DNA of 64,000 bases from NCBI RefSeq assembly GCF_036321535.1, contig NC_087436.1, forward strand, positions 26,476,001 through 26,540,000, read 5' to 3'. Positions 50,287-63,782 of the stretch are shown in pieces. How positions within the stretch are numbered: position 1 is the first letter of the stretch; the number at the start of each line of letters is the position of its first letter. Origin of the DNA: Camelus dromedarius. Taxonomy: Eukaryota. The notes beneath the pieces are model-generated. The model was not told where the DNA came from. It did not search any database and saw nothing but the letters and a program-made list of their open reading frames with translations. A program made the translations under genes and the position numbers.

Positions 50287-53200
50287 ATCTTTGTACAAAC
50301 TAATCATTTTATATGTGCGGAACCAAAGACCAGAGAGGCTATTTTCTTGGTGCTATAGAGCTAATCTGTGGCTGAGCTCATTTTTGCCAGTTGAGGTGTT
50401 TGTCTGTGGTGACACTTCCACACACAGTGTTGATGCACACGAGCCAGGAGGCTTCATGAATTTAAAGATGTGTAACTGCAGAGAGGCTGTTCCCAAGACA
50501 GCCGGGGTGACCGGATGGTAGCTGTGCATACGTGGCCAAGGAGGACTCTCTAAAGCAAGAATAATGTGCTTGAGTTTGGGTTTCGGAGCCCTGTGGCCAT
50601 TGAGGCTTTAACCCATTTTTCAGTCTGGTCACTTTTCAAAGAGGATGCTATTTAGAGGAAGGAAATGGATTGTTGTCTTGGATTCATCACTAAGAAATGT
50701 AACTGTCCCATGCTTAATTTTATAGGCAAGATCATACTGAGAAAAGCAAATCAAATATAGATCTTTGAACCACAGAGCAGTTGCTGATTGTTAATATTTT
50801 ATTCTGGAGACATCTTGATGCATTTTTTGATGAGTGAAAAATAACATCACTATTTTATAAGCTTTATAATATATGATCATCTTATTCTTATCCTCACTTT
50901 AAGAATTGACTTTACCCTTATTGTTTAAGTGTGCTGAGTGCATTCGGCCAAAAGTAATTACCATACCTTAGGATTCTTTTTTTTTTTTTTTTTTTTCTCT
51001 CACATCTTCCCTTGATGTCAGAGCCAGTGATTCTCTGGGGCCTCTCAATGCTGGTTTTGCTGGACAATGGTAGATCTCTCATTTAAAACTGAACCAAAAT
51101 TCCAGTGGAAAAATTAAGGAATTTTAAATCTGATGACTAAAACATAAAATAATCTCCATTTAATTTCCCCATCAATGCCTTCAACAGAAACTTATACAGT
51201 GGTCTTCTTGGGATACAGAGATAATGGTGGCAGTTAAAACTGCTCTTTCAATTTTGAAATCAATATACCGTGTTCAGAACAAAAACAGGGCAACTAAATT
51301 CAGAGTATAGATAAAGTAAGAGTTCACTGAAGTTGAAAATATTTTAAATCCAATTTGGATGGTAACATTTGATAGAAAACACTCGCATAACATGCATAAT
51401 ATCTCCAGAAAGTAAGACACAGTTTTCATAAATTCTAAGGCAGCTCATGTTCCTTTATAAATCTTTGGCAAATTCCTTATTTTTGATAGCCTGTCCAGCA
51501 TTCAAATTCAAAACTAACCAAACTACCATTTGTACTGAAGGCTTAAATTTTTTTTCCTCTTCATTTTCATTTTAAGTAATAGATAATTTTAAACAAATTT
51601 CAGGATGTTTACAGAAGCTTATGTAAATGTCCTATGTTAACACTTAATAGCTATATAATGCTTTCATCTGCAGATCCCAAAGGGCTTTTTGAATGTTACT
51701 CTCTTCATTTTCTAAAAGACAAAAGAGAATTCTGAGATGACAGAAGTGTAGTTACCCCAAAGCTTTCCGAGCTTGTAACTAATAATATACTGGAATTAGA
51801 ATTGTAAGAAAGAAAATTGTCTACTTACGTCCAAGATTTGTTTTTATAAGAACTGCCCCATTGGGTTCCAGAGGGAGGAGAAGCTTGTCTCGCTGTGACT
51901 GTTGTTTGTTTTATTTTCGTTTGATTTCATTCTTCTCTTTACTTCTCCTCTTTCTGGCATACTGTATCTGCATGTTATTATTATTTTTTCTCTGGTGGCT
52001 CCCCTTAACCTACTATTAGACATTCTAATAGTAGGGAAAGAGTTCACTTTCACAAAAAGTTGGGTGAGCAGTGATTGCATCTATTATTTACTAGCCAAAC
52101 AAACAAAAATCTCCCCTATTTCACCTGCAGTCGTTGTGCTATAGTGTTAATGGTTATATCCCAGGTTTAGACAATTTCAAGTGGCAGAAACCGGATAAGA
52201 CAATACATTTGAGCCGAAAGCCTTTCCCTTCATCTCTGAATTGTCTTTATCTTTCTGTTGAAAGCAACAATGATTAAGAAAATTGTCCTTACAAGTCAAT
52301 CCAGAGACTGTATTTTCTTCATTTCTCTCCATTATATTGAAACAGTTCTACCATTAGCTGTACTATTTGCTATATTATTTTTCCTAAAGGACAGCATGAT
52401 TTAAGAAAAATAAAAGGTAGATGGCAAGACAATTTATTGAGTTATTAACTATTTGTATTGTGTCCTTACTGTTGCAGTAGACTTGCAAAATGGAGAGTTA
52501 TTTTTATTTCTGCAATCTGTAAGATTCTGATTTGGGCTTACTTTCTTTAGGCAGCCTGTAACACCTGTCATGTTTCAGGGCAAAAAAATGAGATGTCAAA
52601 AGGCACTTCAGAGACACTCTATCCCACCAAGACCTCTGTTGGATTTAGAAGATAAAGGCACTAGAAAGAAAGGGCAGAGAGAGTGGTTAAGAACAGGAGG
52701 TTGTAGAGGGCTAATCCAAAATGACAGAGTTTACTGAGACTGAAGAGTAAATGGGTTTTCAGATTGTTTTCCCTGTTTATGCCATTTGTTTAAGAGTAGC
52801 AAATGTCCAGCTTACCTTGTTGAGCTTATGTACCTGAGGAATGTCTGTGCACGTGAGAGCCAGAGAAATTAACAGGAGAATCTGTGGGGCATCTCCCCTC
52901 CATCCACAGCCCTGTTCTCTGAGCTTGGCCAGAGCATCAATGGGTCCCAGATGGGAAAAGCCTCCACTAGGCGGCAGCACTATGGGAAGAAGGAGCAATG
53001 GGGATGTGAACCACAATGCAACAGGGCTTGGGTCAACTTCTCTACTTTGGCAATACATAAACCCTTCAAATTTCTATCTGATCCAAAGAAGGGGAGGAGA
53101 CCCTAATACATAAAGGAAACTGAACTTTCACCAGTAGCAAGTTGTGAGTTGGGCCAAATTAAGAACTTGAATTAGGAGAAATAATATGAAGTTATTTTTG

Positions 53201-53949
53201 CAGAAAAAGTATGTGGGATTATTAAAAAATATAGGCCTTTTGGAATTAAGATGTATTTGAAGTCCAAACTTATAGTTCTGAGAAAGAATGGCTTATCTAA
53301 ATTATTTATTTAATTGGAAACAGAATTTATTTCAGCATGGTTGCCTGCTCTTAATTTACCTTTCATATTCATGAGATTAATCATTTCGTACAACAAATTT
53401 ATTTTTAAAGGGGTGCAACTGAGATTTTCTTTTGAGTTAAGTAATAACAAGAACTCCATCTACATAAAAATAAGTAGCATTTTTGGACTTCTGTAAAAGA
53501 ACATTTACAATAACCAAACACATGGTGTTCTTAGTTTGCTGGAGAAGGTCCAGTTCTCCAAAATGAGTGATGAATAAACAAACAAGTAAGTATCCTGACT
53601 TTTTAGTAATGCCTGAACTGCTTTTAGTGAAATAAAATGTCATTTTATTTTACATCTAAAATAAATTTTAAATTATATATACATTAAAAGATATGTGTGT
53701 GTTTCTGTGTGTGTATGTATGTATGTAAATGATGCTTCAACTTAATGCACAAAATCCTGAAAAATCACAGAGCTATTTCAACCTTGAGAACACATTAACA
53801 TGGGGAAAAGAAGCTGGGGGAAAAAGCTGAATTTAACATGAAACAAATATAACAACTTGTTAGTTTATCTTAGAAGCATTCTATTACATTAAAATTTGCC
53901 CCTCTTAAGGCTCTGAAATGGATGTTCTTATTTAAAACTTTATTTTAAT

Positions 53950-54487
53950 AATGGAGTCCAAAATCATATTCAGCAATTCTTGCTTGCCTGCAGGATGTGT
54001 ACAGGCCACTGGGTTGGATAATAGTGGCTTTGTTTTATCCAATGTATGGTCAGGCCACTCAAGATGGCTGTTCTGTTGCTCTCTGTCCATCCCCTGCTTA
54101 ACCAGTGACTGCTTCACCTGTGCCCTACTCACAGGACTGACCTTCCTACATACTAGCCCCAGGCCCCAGCTGGTAATTGTTTTCATCAAAGGGGTGGTGA
54201 AGGGTGTGCTCCTCTGCTGGTTTCCTTGGGAACCGATGAACCAACCTGACATCAATTCCCCTTATAACTGCTAACCTCCCTCTGCCCCAGGAGCAAAGCC
54301 CGCTGCCACGTCCAGCCTGCCGTCCATAGCACACAGTGGGGAGTTGCTCCAGGACCTTGCCTCAGACATGTAAGTTCCCCTGTGTCCACTAAAACGTTAA
54401 TGTCTCTATCACTGACTCCAGGCTCTTTCTTCAGTCTTGAAGTTGGTCGAGTACAGGCCTTGTAGGCCTGCAGGGTGCAGCCCAGCA
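53950..54487 (+). mobile_element. ERV-type solo LTR
   Basis: GC-richer block with a TATA-like ccttataac (about 54262), a degenerate poly-A signal ACTAAA (about 54388) and a 3' end ...ggtgcagcccagCA. The 5' boundary is uncertain. Confidence 0.65.
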
Positions 54488-54679
54488 TTCATATACAGCA
54501 GTAGGGATTTACAGTAGCAGTTAGCCTGGGTAGTTTGTAGTGAAAAGGAAGTAATCCTTTAAAATTAATTTAAAGAGTTGTGTTTTTTTGTAACTACTGC
54601 TAACCAAACAATTTTCTGTTTATGAAGAGAGCCACTAATTTAAAAATGGGTAGAAAATTATGTTATGCTACTGGTAATT

Positions 54680-55160
54680 CCTGATAAATATTTATTCAAT
54701 GTTTACTATAAGCCAGACTTTATTGTAGACATTTATGATCTCACATAATATAGACAATAACCATTAGATATAAATGGGATGGTTATTCCAGTTTTTCCAT
54801 TTGAAGAAACAAGAGTTACCGAGAGTTCAAATAACGGGCTGGAGGTCACACAGCTGGTACAGAGTATATCAGGAATCAAACTCGTCTTCTTATCTCTGGA
54901 GCACATTCTCCTCTAAGATTATGCCGCGGGGCTCTGCTAAGCTAGAAATCGCTTACATTTAATGAGCACTCTTGACCTACCCAACATTTTGTTGTGCCCT
55001 TTAAATCATTATACCGTTTACAACTGAAAACACAACTATGGAATAGAACCATTATTATTCACATTTCAGATATTAGAAACAATTAAGGACAGTAAGCAAC
55101 TTGTCTAAGTAAATATGAAAATAAATGTGGATGAGGAATGTGAACTCATTTTTTCCTCAG
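54680..55160 (-). mobile_element. Two adjacent MIR SINE remnants (first possibly with an L2 tail)
   Basis: aaatatttattcaatgtttactataagccag, gaagaaac, aggtcacacagctggt, and a second copy catttaatgagcac...cacatttcagatattagaaac...agtaagcaacttgtctaag. Confidence 0.55.
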
Positions 55161-56394
55161 AATCTGAAGTGCTCAATAAGTCTTTGGAAGTGTAGTCTCA
55201 CAGAAATGTGCATGCAACCTTTTAATCACTGTTTTATTGCCAAGGACTTCGAGTAACCATTTCTGTACTTCTAACTCGTTTTGAGTGGCAGAATAAAATA
55301 GCTATTTTTGTAACTAGGGAAAAATAACATCCTTAGCATAAGAATCTTTAAATACGTGATGTCTGTAAAATGTTTGTGTCAATTGACCTAGTTATTTTTG
55401 AATTGGAGATCTGATTCTAAACATAGAAATGGCTTTGTAAATAAAAGCTATTCATTGCATAAATATATAGCAATACAAGCAAAAAGTAATAACAACCTAA
55501 ATACTAAGCATTAAGGAAAGAGTTGAGTAAACTGGAGTATTTATTCTTGGTGGAAAATCATGCATTCATTAAAATATTTCCTAAGAGTGGGCCGTAACAT
55601 GGGAAACACTTACGGAAATATGTTAAAAATAAACATTTGATGTAAACCTATTCATAAGGTAATGTTAAAATTATGTTTAGTGATTTTTTTCTTACTCTCT
55701 CATTTTATACTGTTGTGATTTTATTTTTTTCCATTTCAAGTATTTTTGTGGGGAGTAGAATCTGAGGAAATGAGGTTGGTACAGGCATAGTGTCAGCTAG
55801 ACTGCACAATTATTCATTTCATTGTGCTTAAGAAAGGATCCGAAATTAGAAGAATGCTTTGTCTGGCTTATGTGGTGTTCAAATAGTTACTTTCCAAGGA
55901 TATACCATTAAAGTTATTTAGTAAAGATGGTTGAAAGGCTTAGCAGAGAGCAATAGTGTTATTTATGTTACAGATTGGTGGAAAACAGGGTGAACAGAAT
56001 ATTTAACTACAAACATTGATGCTGAAGTTCACTTTTCTCAGCTGGTTGTAGACAAAGCAGAATAAACTTACTCTTAATCTGGGGATTTCCATTGATAAAC
56101 TGGGGCCCTAATCTATTTGCTTTGGGTATCAGTATGACAGCTTCTCATTGAGAGTACGAACCAGGCTATAAAAATAAGAATGTGGCAGAGCATGTAGGGC
56201 AAGCCAAGTCCAGATGGCACTCTAAGAGACAAATGGAATATGGACTCTAGGTGTAAGTTTCCAGATCTAGGTTTGCATATAGCGTTTTCAGGATAATTAG
56301 CTTTCAGGACACAAAACTCTATTTGCTGTGTTTAGAATAAACAATCAGTCTTAGGTAGCCTGTATAAGGAGTGTGGGGGGAAGTAGCGGAACCG

Positions 56395-56615
56395 ACAAAC
56401 ATGGGAGATTAGAGCCAGGTTGGCCTAGGGTCAAATCCTGAGTACCCTACTGGTTTTCTGTGCAGTCCTGAGCAATCCATTAAACCACACTAAGTTCCAG
56501 TTTCCTCATCTATAAAATTGAGTTAATCATAGAGCCTAGCTCACAAGATTGCTGGAAGGATAAATTAGGTATGGATTTCTCTGCACAGTGTTCCACATGC
56601 AGTATATTATTACCA
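56395..56615 (+). mobile_element. MIR SINE
   Basis: gagccagg...gggtcaaatcctg...cagtttcctcatctataaaat...cacagtgttccacat (MIR core). Confidence 0.8.
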
Positions 56616-59600
56616 TTGTCAAATTAGTAGTGCTGTTATATCAGAAACTCCATGGGGTAGGAGATGAGTGACCAGCAATGACTCCATGCATGTACTAGAT
56701 ACAGAGAAAAGTGTGGGTCATCTCCAGAGTAGGAACTTTCTGTTTTTAAAGTGTGTAGCTGAGAGTGGGAAAGCCAGAGTGCTGAATGAAGAATTAAGGG
56801 CAACTCTGCAAGAAGTCAGCAGAAGAACTATACCTTGAGTCTTCTTTTAGGGTGACAGCTTTCTCATAAGGGAGGAAAAAAAGAAAAATCCCGATTTTCA
56901 CTTAAGATTCTCTATCTTGAGGGTGAATGATACGGAGGACTTCTTTAGGCTGTAGCAAGCACCAAAGAAACTAATTTAGAGGCAAGAACTTTAATCAAAA
57001 GGGAATTATGGGGAAAAGTTCAGATTTGGAGATAAGGGAGAAGTGAGTCGTAGTTTAGAGGATGAATTGGAAATTAAAATGGAAGAAAGTGGGCCAGGAG
57101 TTGGAGATAAAGATTTAAGAAGCAAAGAGAGCTGAAAATATAGCTGCAAAAACACATACCAGAAGTCTGTGAATTGGCCTCTTTTTTGATATACTGTTAA
57201 GTTTCAGCTTGTGGATTTTTTTTTTCTTTTAATATTCTTAGAATTACTTAATAACTTTAAGTAAAAGGTTTCCTCCCTTACACAAACTTTTTTCCCTCTG
57301 AAATGAATGAAGCAAACATGCAAACATTGGCCAAAAAGTAATAGTAGCTTATCTGTTCAAGAAATCAATGATTAATTTAAACAATCTATTTGTTTAAGTG
57401 GAAATTGAACTTTCATTGTCCAAAGCTTAGTGCAGGGAGGGGGTTAGTGGTTTCAATTGATTCCTAGGCTCTCTAAACACTTGCAGGCAACTCCCTTCCC
57501 TGCTCCCCTTGACCCAATAAGGCGCCCAGCTCAGGAAGTCTTGGCATATTTCCCTTGCAACATTCTAGTGCATTCATTGAGTCTCATAAGACTGATGGAC
57601 TTTAGCCCATCAAATTACAAGTATCTTTCTGCCTTTGCTCATCCATGTTTCATGTTCTGTATTAGACACAGGGCTTCCTAATGAGGCTTGCAGAGCCCTG
57701 AGCTACCACCTAAGAAGAAAACAACTCTCCCTTTGCTTTTCTCACCCACCCCCAAGTATTTATTCTTATATTGACTTTAGATGCACAGGTTAGGCATCCT
57801 CTCCTCATGCACAACAATGGCATCTAAGTTCTCATTATATCATGTCTATTGTATGTTTATCTTCCTTTGGTAACATTTTTTTACTGTGATATTAAGATTA
57901 ATCATAGTTTCAGGTGATAGAGTCATTATTATAAACTTCATCATCAAAATTTTGCGTAGTGATGTTACTAGCTGTTGAAGGTCATTACCTTGATCCATTA
58001 TTTCATTGTATTATAAACGTTTTGACAGCAGTAAAAATATTTATATTTCCTTTTTAATGGGAGGTTTGTACTTCTTTTATTCGCCTCTTTTTTATTTTTG
58101 ATTTCCCTGTGATACTATATATAAGTGCTGGAGTAAATAGAGATTGTGTGCACTTTCCTATTCCGGAGTCATTTTGCCTACTACAAAACCTTGCATTTGT
58201 ATATTGCTGTGATTTCCTGGTCCACTAAACCATATCTTCAGGGATATAGACATTATCATCTTGTATTTAAAAAATTTATTTAATGAGCATGTACTACTTA
58301 TGGACTAAGGGAAAAAATATTTTTAGAAACTGGGTAACAGAAGCAGAGTACATCTAGCGCAAACTACTACTGGTAAATAATTAAATGTGCCTCCCCTACA
58401 AAATCCAAAAGACCCTTTACTTGTAATAATAGTTTGGGGACACATTGATGTATTTTATATGAGTTTGCCTACATACACGTACTCTTATGATGAAAGATTT
58501 TTTTATTCTATCTTAAAGCAAATAAAAGAGATGGCCCTCAAGAGAAGTACATTATAATTCCTATAGTCCCAAATATGGCATAATGAAATACTATTATCCC
58601 CGTTTCAATTATGATAAAGGTTTTCAATAAATTTTTGACATTTTTGAAGGCCTGATTCTCAATAACATCATTATAGAGCAACTGGAATTATTAATCCTTT
58701 GTGAGAGTTTTGTCTCTCACATCGTATAGTCTCACCCTCCAAACCCAAATTGCCATTTTGCAGATTATTTTCAGAGGGCACATTTTACTTGGCTGGAATG
58801 TTCGCAATGCAGACAGACCTCTAACAGCACTGCTAGGGAACCGCGAGGAGTATTTACCGGGGACCCATGGAAGAGTAACACCGTGATCGTGTTGTCATAT
58901 GCCGCAGAAAGTAAAGGGTGGTTTCTAACACAAATGCTAACTTGACACAAGTGGGCATTCTTGGCATCAATTTTCGGAAAAGAAATCTCCATGTTATATT
59001 TTCCTCTAATAAATGCAGACTATTAAATATCTGCTTCAGAGAGTTACTTCTGTGGTTTGCAATTTTTAAGGACAGGCTATATATATTCCACAACAGGGAA
59101 AACAGTTTAAGTTCCTTTAGAATTACATACAAGAATTGCCGCAGCAGCACACATTTCCTGAAGTCAAATGATCCTCAATAGTCTCTTGATAGAATATGAA
59201 GCTATATCATCTTTAAAAATTTCAAAGCTACATGCCCCAGGATAGGTCAGTATTGGAAATACTGCTTTCACATAGTCATGACTAAAAGCTTCAGTGCAGT
59301 TCTGCAAATATCTACTTAGTAACTTCTAGGTTAAAAAATGGGAAAGCATGAATGACACAGATTATGATTTTATTAATAACAAATAAAACCACTTTGTGCT
59401 CTGTTACAAGGGAAAAATTCAAATATACACCAAGGATAAGCGAGTAAAAGAAAAGCACAAAGTTCTCTGACGGTAACAGGAGGCTTTGTTTAGAAGGGCA
59501 TGGTGGCAGCCAGGGGTGGCACTGATCGTTTCTACTGGGTTGGATGGGCAGGGGCAATTGCTTCTCCACTCTGATGAATTACTGTATACAACTGAGTTTG

Positions 59601-62600
59601 GCCTGCAACCCTAGAATTACAAGATATAATTGTCTAATGGTATTTAAATACTTATTTTTAGAAAAATTATTGGCTCATTTAAAAAACCCTCTATTCTAGC
59701 CAAACAAAATACTTTTTTTAGGACCTCTGCACCAAACTTTTAGGCACATATGTGACAGCTGCTTTGTATTCTTTGATACACCATTTTCCTTAATGGAGAA
59801 AGGAAGCAAATGTCCATTATTAATTCTTCTTTAATTTAAACAGTTGTATTTAAATGGAAATTTCTGGTCTAGGAAGTGAAAATAAACAGTGTCCCTGACG
59901 TTCCCCTTCGTGCCCACAACTGGGCACAATGAGGTCGTCAGCAGACTTTTATCATCCTTCCTCAGCCCATTGTGGGTTTTACTAAGAGTATATGGAATTT
60001 TACTTTCAGATTTTTATTTTCATTGCTATGAATATTTGCCTTTTGTATTTCAAAAATTAATTTTAACGACAGCATTGAGTCTCAGCAAGCAGTATCAAAA
60101 CTCTATTACAATTAAGTTGTGTCTTGTTTCTCACCATTCTTTCTCAAATACCACAACTTCTGCTTTATATGTCCCTGCCTTTTTAAAAAATACATTTCCT
60201 TCCTTTGCCTAAACAGAGAAAAATATTAATAATTTGAATTATTCAAACCCACTTAACTCCAGCAATCGTGGGCTTTCATTAGAGTGGCTGGTTGAAAGGG
60301 TGATGCAAATCCACAGCTCAAATCACGTCACTGTGTTAACAATTATAACTCTGAGTTTTAGTTCTGTGTTTAGATCTGATGTACTTGGATCTTTTTCTTA
60401 CCATTTGCCTAGTTTCAGCCAACAATGGAAGATATTGAGAAATAGTTCCATTCGCCAGAAGACTTTCACTCACTTTTGAATTTTGAGTTTGAATTTCCTT
60501 TCTGCAGAGGAGGGACTTTCCACATGAAAAACAAACCCATCAAAAGACTGGACGTTTGAACATCATTCTCTTCCCTGCTTTGCAATGAATATAAACTGAC
60601 TCTGCTTCAGTTTATGCACCTACTCATTTTCTACTTTAGAGCAGCTTTTATGCTAAGAAAATGTCTGAAGAACTTCTATCTCTTGGGAAGAAAAATGTGT
60701 TGTATGTCAAAGCTGCATTGTTAAAAGACTGTAATATTTTCAAAGGCTGGGAATCAAGGTCAAATCAAAAGGCTAAGTCCCTTTAGTTTCTTGAATATAT
60801 TGTTTCTATTTCTCTTTTCTCTATTATAATCATGTCTATTTGCTAAAAGGTTATGCAAAATAAATTAGGCTTTTACAGCACTGACAGCTCAGCCATAGAG
60901 AAATTCTTTCCTATTTTATTTTGCACTTTATACGTGAACACCTGCTACACTTTTAATGAGCTTTAAATTATACTTTACACCCATGTAACAAGAATGGATA
61001 TTGCTCTTTAGTTATAATCAAAGAAAATATCAAGATGACTTGTTGCTAAGAGCAACAGCTTGTCAAAAAAATGATACTTCCTCCAGTAACAATATAGATA
61101 GATAGGTCCAGGTTGATAGATGGAAAATATGATTTATACTGCATTGAGAGTTATCAATCTTTTAAATTTTCTTGTCTTCTGTGATTTAGGAGGAATTTGT
61201 CATTGCTCTATAGCTAGGCCTAGATTATTTTCTTTTGCTCTTATCTTTGTTCTTTCAGTCTCCTTGCTTCTTATAGGCCAGAGGATAGAAATGAAAATTT
61301 TCCTTTATGCTTTTCTTTTCTCTGACACTTTAAAATGGATTTTAAGTAAGTAAGATTCCAAGAGCTTCTTGAAATACCAAAATATAATGATATGTGTATT
61401 CATTTTTTGAGTTCTATTTTTCCCCTATATTTGCTTCACTCTTAAATACTTAGCCCTATTTAACTGACCTTTAGTCATGATCAAATTTTCTTTTAAAGGA
61501 ATTTAATGATAACAGAAAACCAAGCATTAAAACAAAGGATAGCAATTTGGCTCAAGACCATCCTCACATGAGAAACCTTAGACTTCATGGCCAACCCAAA
61601 TTAATTTCTTTTCCACAGTGGTATCAATTTAATGCCACCTACAGAGAGGTGAGATGGCTGAGTGGAAGAGAGGCCTATTGTGGAAGTAAATATAGAGTGG
61701 AGGCAGACAACGGGGCCACGGCAGAGAGATCCTGGCCATGTAGGTTTTATCTGATGTCCCAGTCAGGAACTGAGAAAGGCAGGATAGTGGGATATAAGAA
61801 CTGGGGCCACAGAGGTCACCCCCAGAGTCTGCAAAGGATGAGGAGGTTCTTCTCTGTTGGGGTGAACACCTGTTTCTTTCCTTTCAGTTGAGTCATGGAG
61901 TGATGATGTGTCCATAATATAGGCTGTTTCCTTGACATGTATTTTGATTCATCATTTTGTAAGTGTTTCCCTTTCCACTAAGAAGTAGGGCTGACCTCTT
62001 TGTGACTATTGTGCTGTTTAAAATGCCTTTTTCATATGGAGTTAAAATGCAACACAAAAAAGAAAAATGAGGAGAAAACAATAGAATGGAATAGGAAAGA
62101 GACTATGAAAATTAGTGAAGAAAGATGAAGAGGAGAAAATAAACAAGATAGGAATATTTTAGCATATTTTCCCATGCCATTTTATAAACCCCATAAGATT
62201 TAGAAAATAAGGCACTGCTTAATTGGAAAAATAGTCAATGTAATAAATTCCATCATTTCAATTTTCAAATTTTTCATTTTTATAAATATTCTTTTTAAGT
62301 TTTTGACAAAAATGCAACAAATAACCTTTCTTCCTTCATGTGTTCCCTAAAATAATATACCTTTGCCTGTATGAGCGCACATTGCTGTGCTTTCTTTCTC
62401 AAAAAAAGAAATTTAAATGTCTCATTAAAAAGCAGAAGAAGAAATGTACTTTTTCCTCTTATCACCAGTAACAAAAACTTCAAAAAAAGTTTGGTTCCAA
62501 AGCGCCTCAATATGCAAGCTATCTATTTATACTAATTATTCAAGCCTTGAGAGACTGAAAACTAGAGATAGAATTCTCATGAGAAAAAACAAACTCTGTA

Positions 62601-63400
62601 CATTACATATGAGATTTCCTAAAATTCACTGCTTCCATTCAGAGTATCTTCAGAAAGAATATCATGTTTGGTATTTTAATTTAGCTAATAACAATGATAA
62701 CTGTTTATAATACAATAATAGCAATAGTAGTATATTTACAGAGATATTTCTTTAAATAGGCTATAATTACATCACTAAGTATGCAAAAAATGTCCTTCAA
62801 ACATCCTTTCTCATCTTCTCTGAAACTAACAGAATAGAATACAATACTGGAACTAGTGTTTGATTTTTCATGTGACTTCGAAAAAGCCCAAAGATAAAAT
62901 GTCTTAAATCCAGCGAACATGTTCTGCTATAATCTATAAGGGAAGTTTTTATGATGTTATCCTACCTTGCTTCTTTCCATTTTATCTGTCTCCATTTTGG
63001 GCACTCAATTTTCCCAAAGAGCTGAAGCAGAAGCAGCAGTTCAAATACAACTCTTTATCAAGTATCCACTTATGTTTAATTGTGTCCATATAAAATGTAA
63101 AATCCCACAGAATTTGACAACTTTAGGTCTTGTCTTAATTAAAATATAATAATGTTAGACTTCAGTTATTAAATCGAAGCCTTGCTATGTGACAATTTTA
63201 AAAAATCCTTTACTTTTAGAGTGTAGGCTTTGGTAGTCATCAAACAATTAAATTTGGAAAATAACTATTTTTTAATATAATTAGAATAATCTCCTTTCCT
63301 GTCATGCGTGAGGACCCCATTTATTAAACATTGGGAATGACTGTGTGTGTCTGTGTGTTAGCACACATTTTAAGTGGAGGCAAAAGAATATGGCAACTAG

Positions 63401-63782
63401 GGGGGCTTCAAGATGGTAGAATAGAAGGACACTGAGTTCATCTTCTCCCACAAATACATCAAAAATACATCTACAAAAATATATGTGGAACAAGTCTCAC
63501 AGAATACCTACTGAACTTTGGCAGATCTTGTACAAGTGGAACTACAAGGAAAATCATCATAAAACAGGGTCAACAAGGTCCAAGGTTCTACTGTATAGCA
63601 CAGGGAACTATATTCAATATCTTATAAGAGCCTATAATGAAAAAGAATGCAAAAAGGAATATATATATGTGTGTGTATATATACATATACATACACACAC
63701 ATACATATATATATAAAACTGAATCACTATGCTGTACACCAGAAATTAACACAACATTGTAAACTGACTATACTTCAATAAA
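63401..63782 (+). mobile_element. Bipartite mini-L1: about 170 bp of 5'UTR start fused to about 210 bp of 3'UTR end
   Basis: Begins GGGGGCTTCAAGATGG and ends ...ACTATACTTCAATAAAAAAA; TSD AAAAG(A/T)ATATGGCAACTAG at 63382-63400 and 63783-63801 (18/19); junction at about 63570. Confidence 0.9.

Noticed and set aside
61630..61900. GC-richer block with a 114-aa ORF as an exon
   Set aside because: No recognisable protein or splice pattern. It is probably an old LTR fragment, but I could not assign it confidently enough to list.
729..63716. The many 60-130 aa ORFs in the supplied track as host genes
   Set aside because: They are short, often start at non-ATG codons, are compositionally biased and resemble no known protein except L1 ORF1/ORF2 fragments. 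This is as expected by chance in mammalian non-coding DNA.
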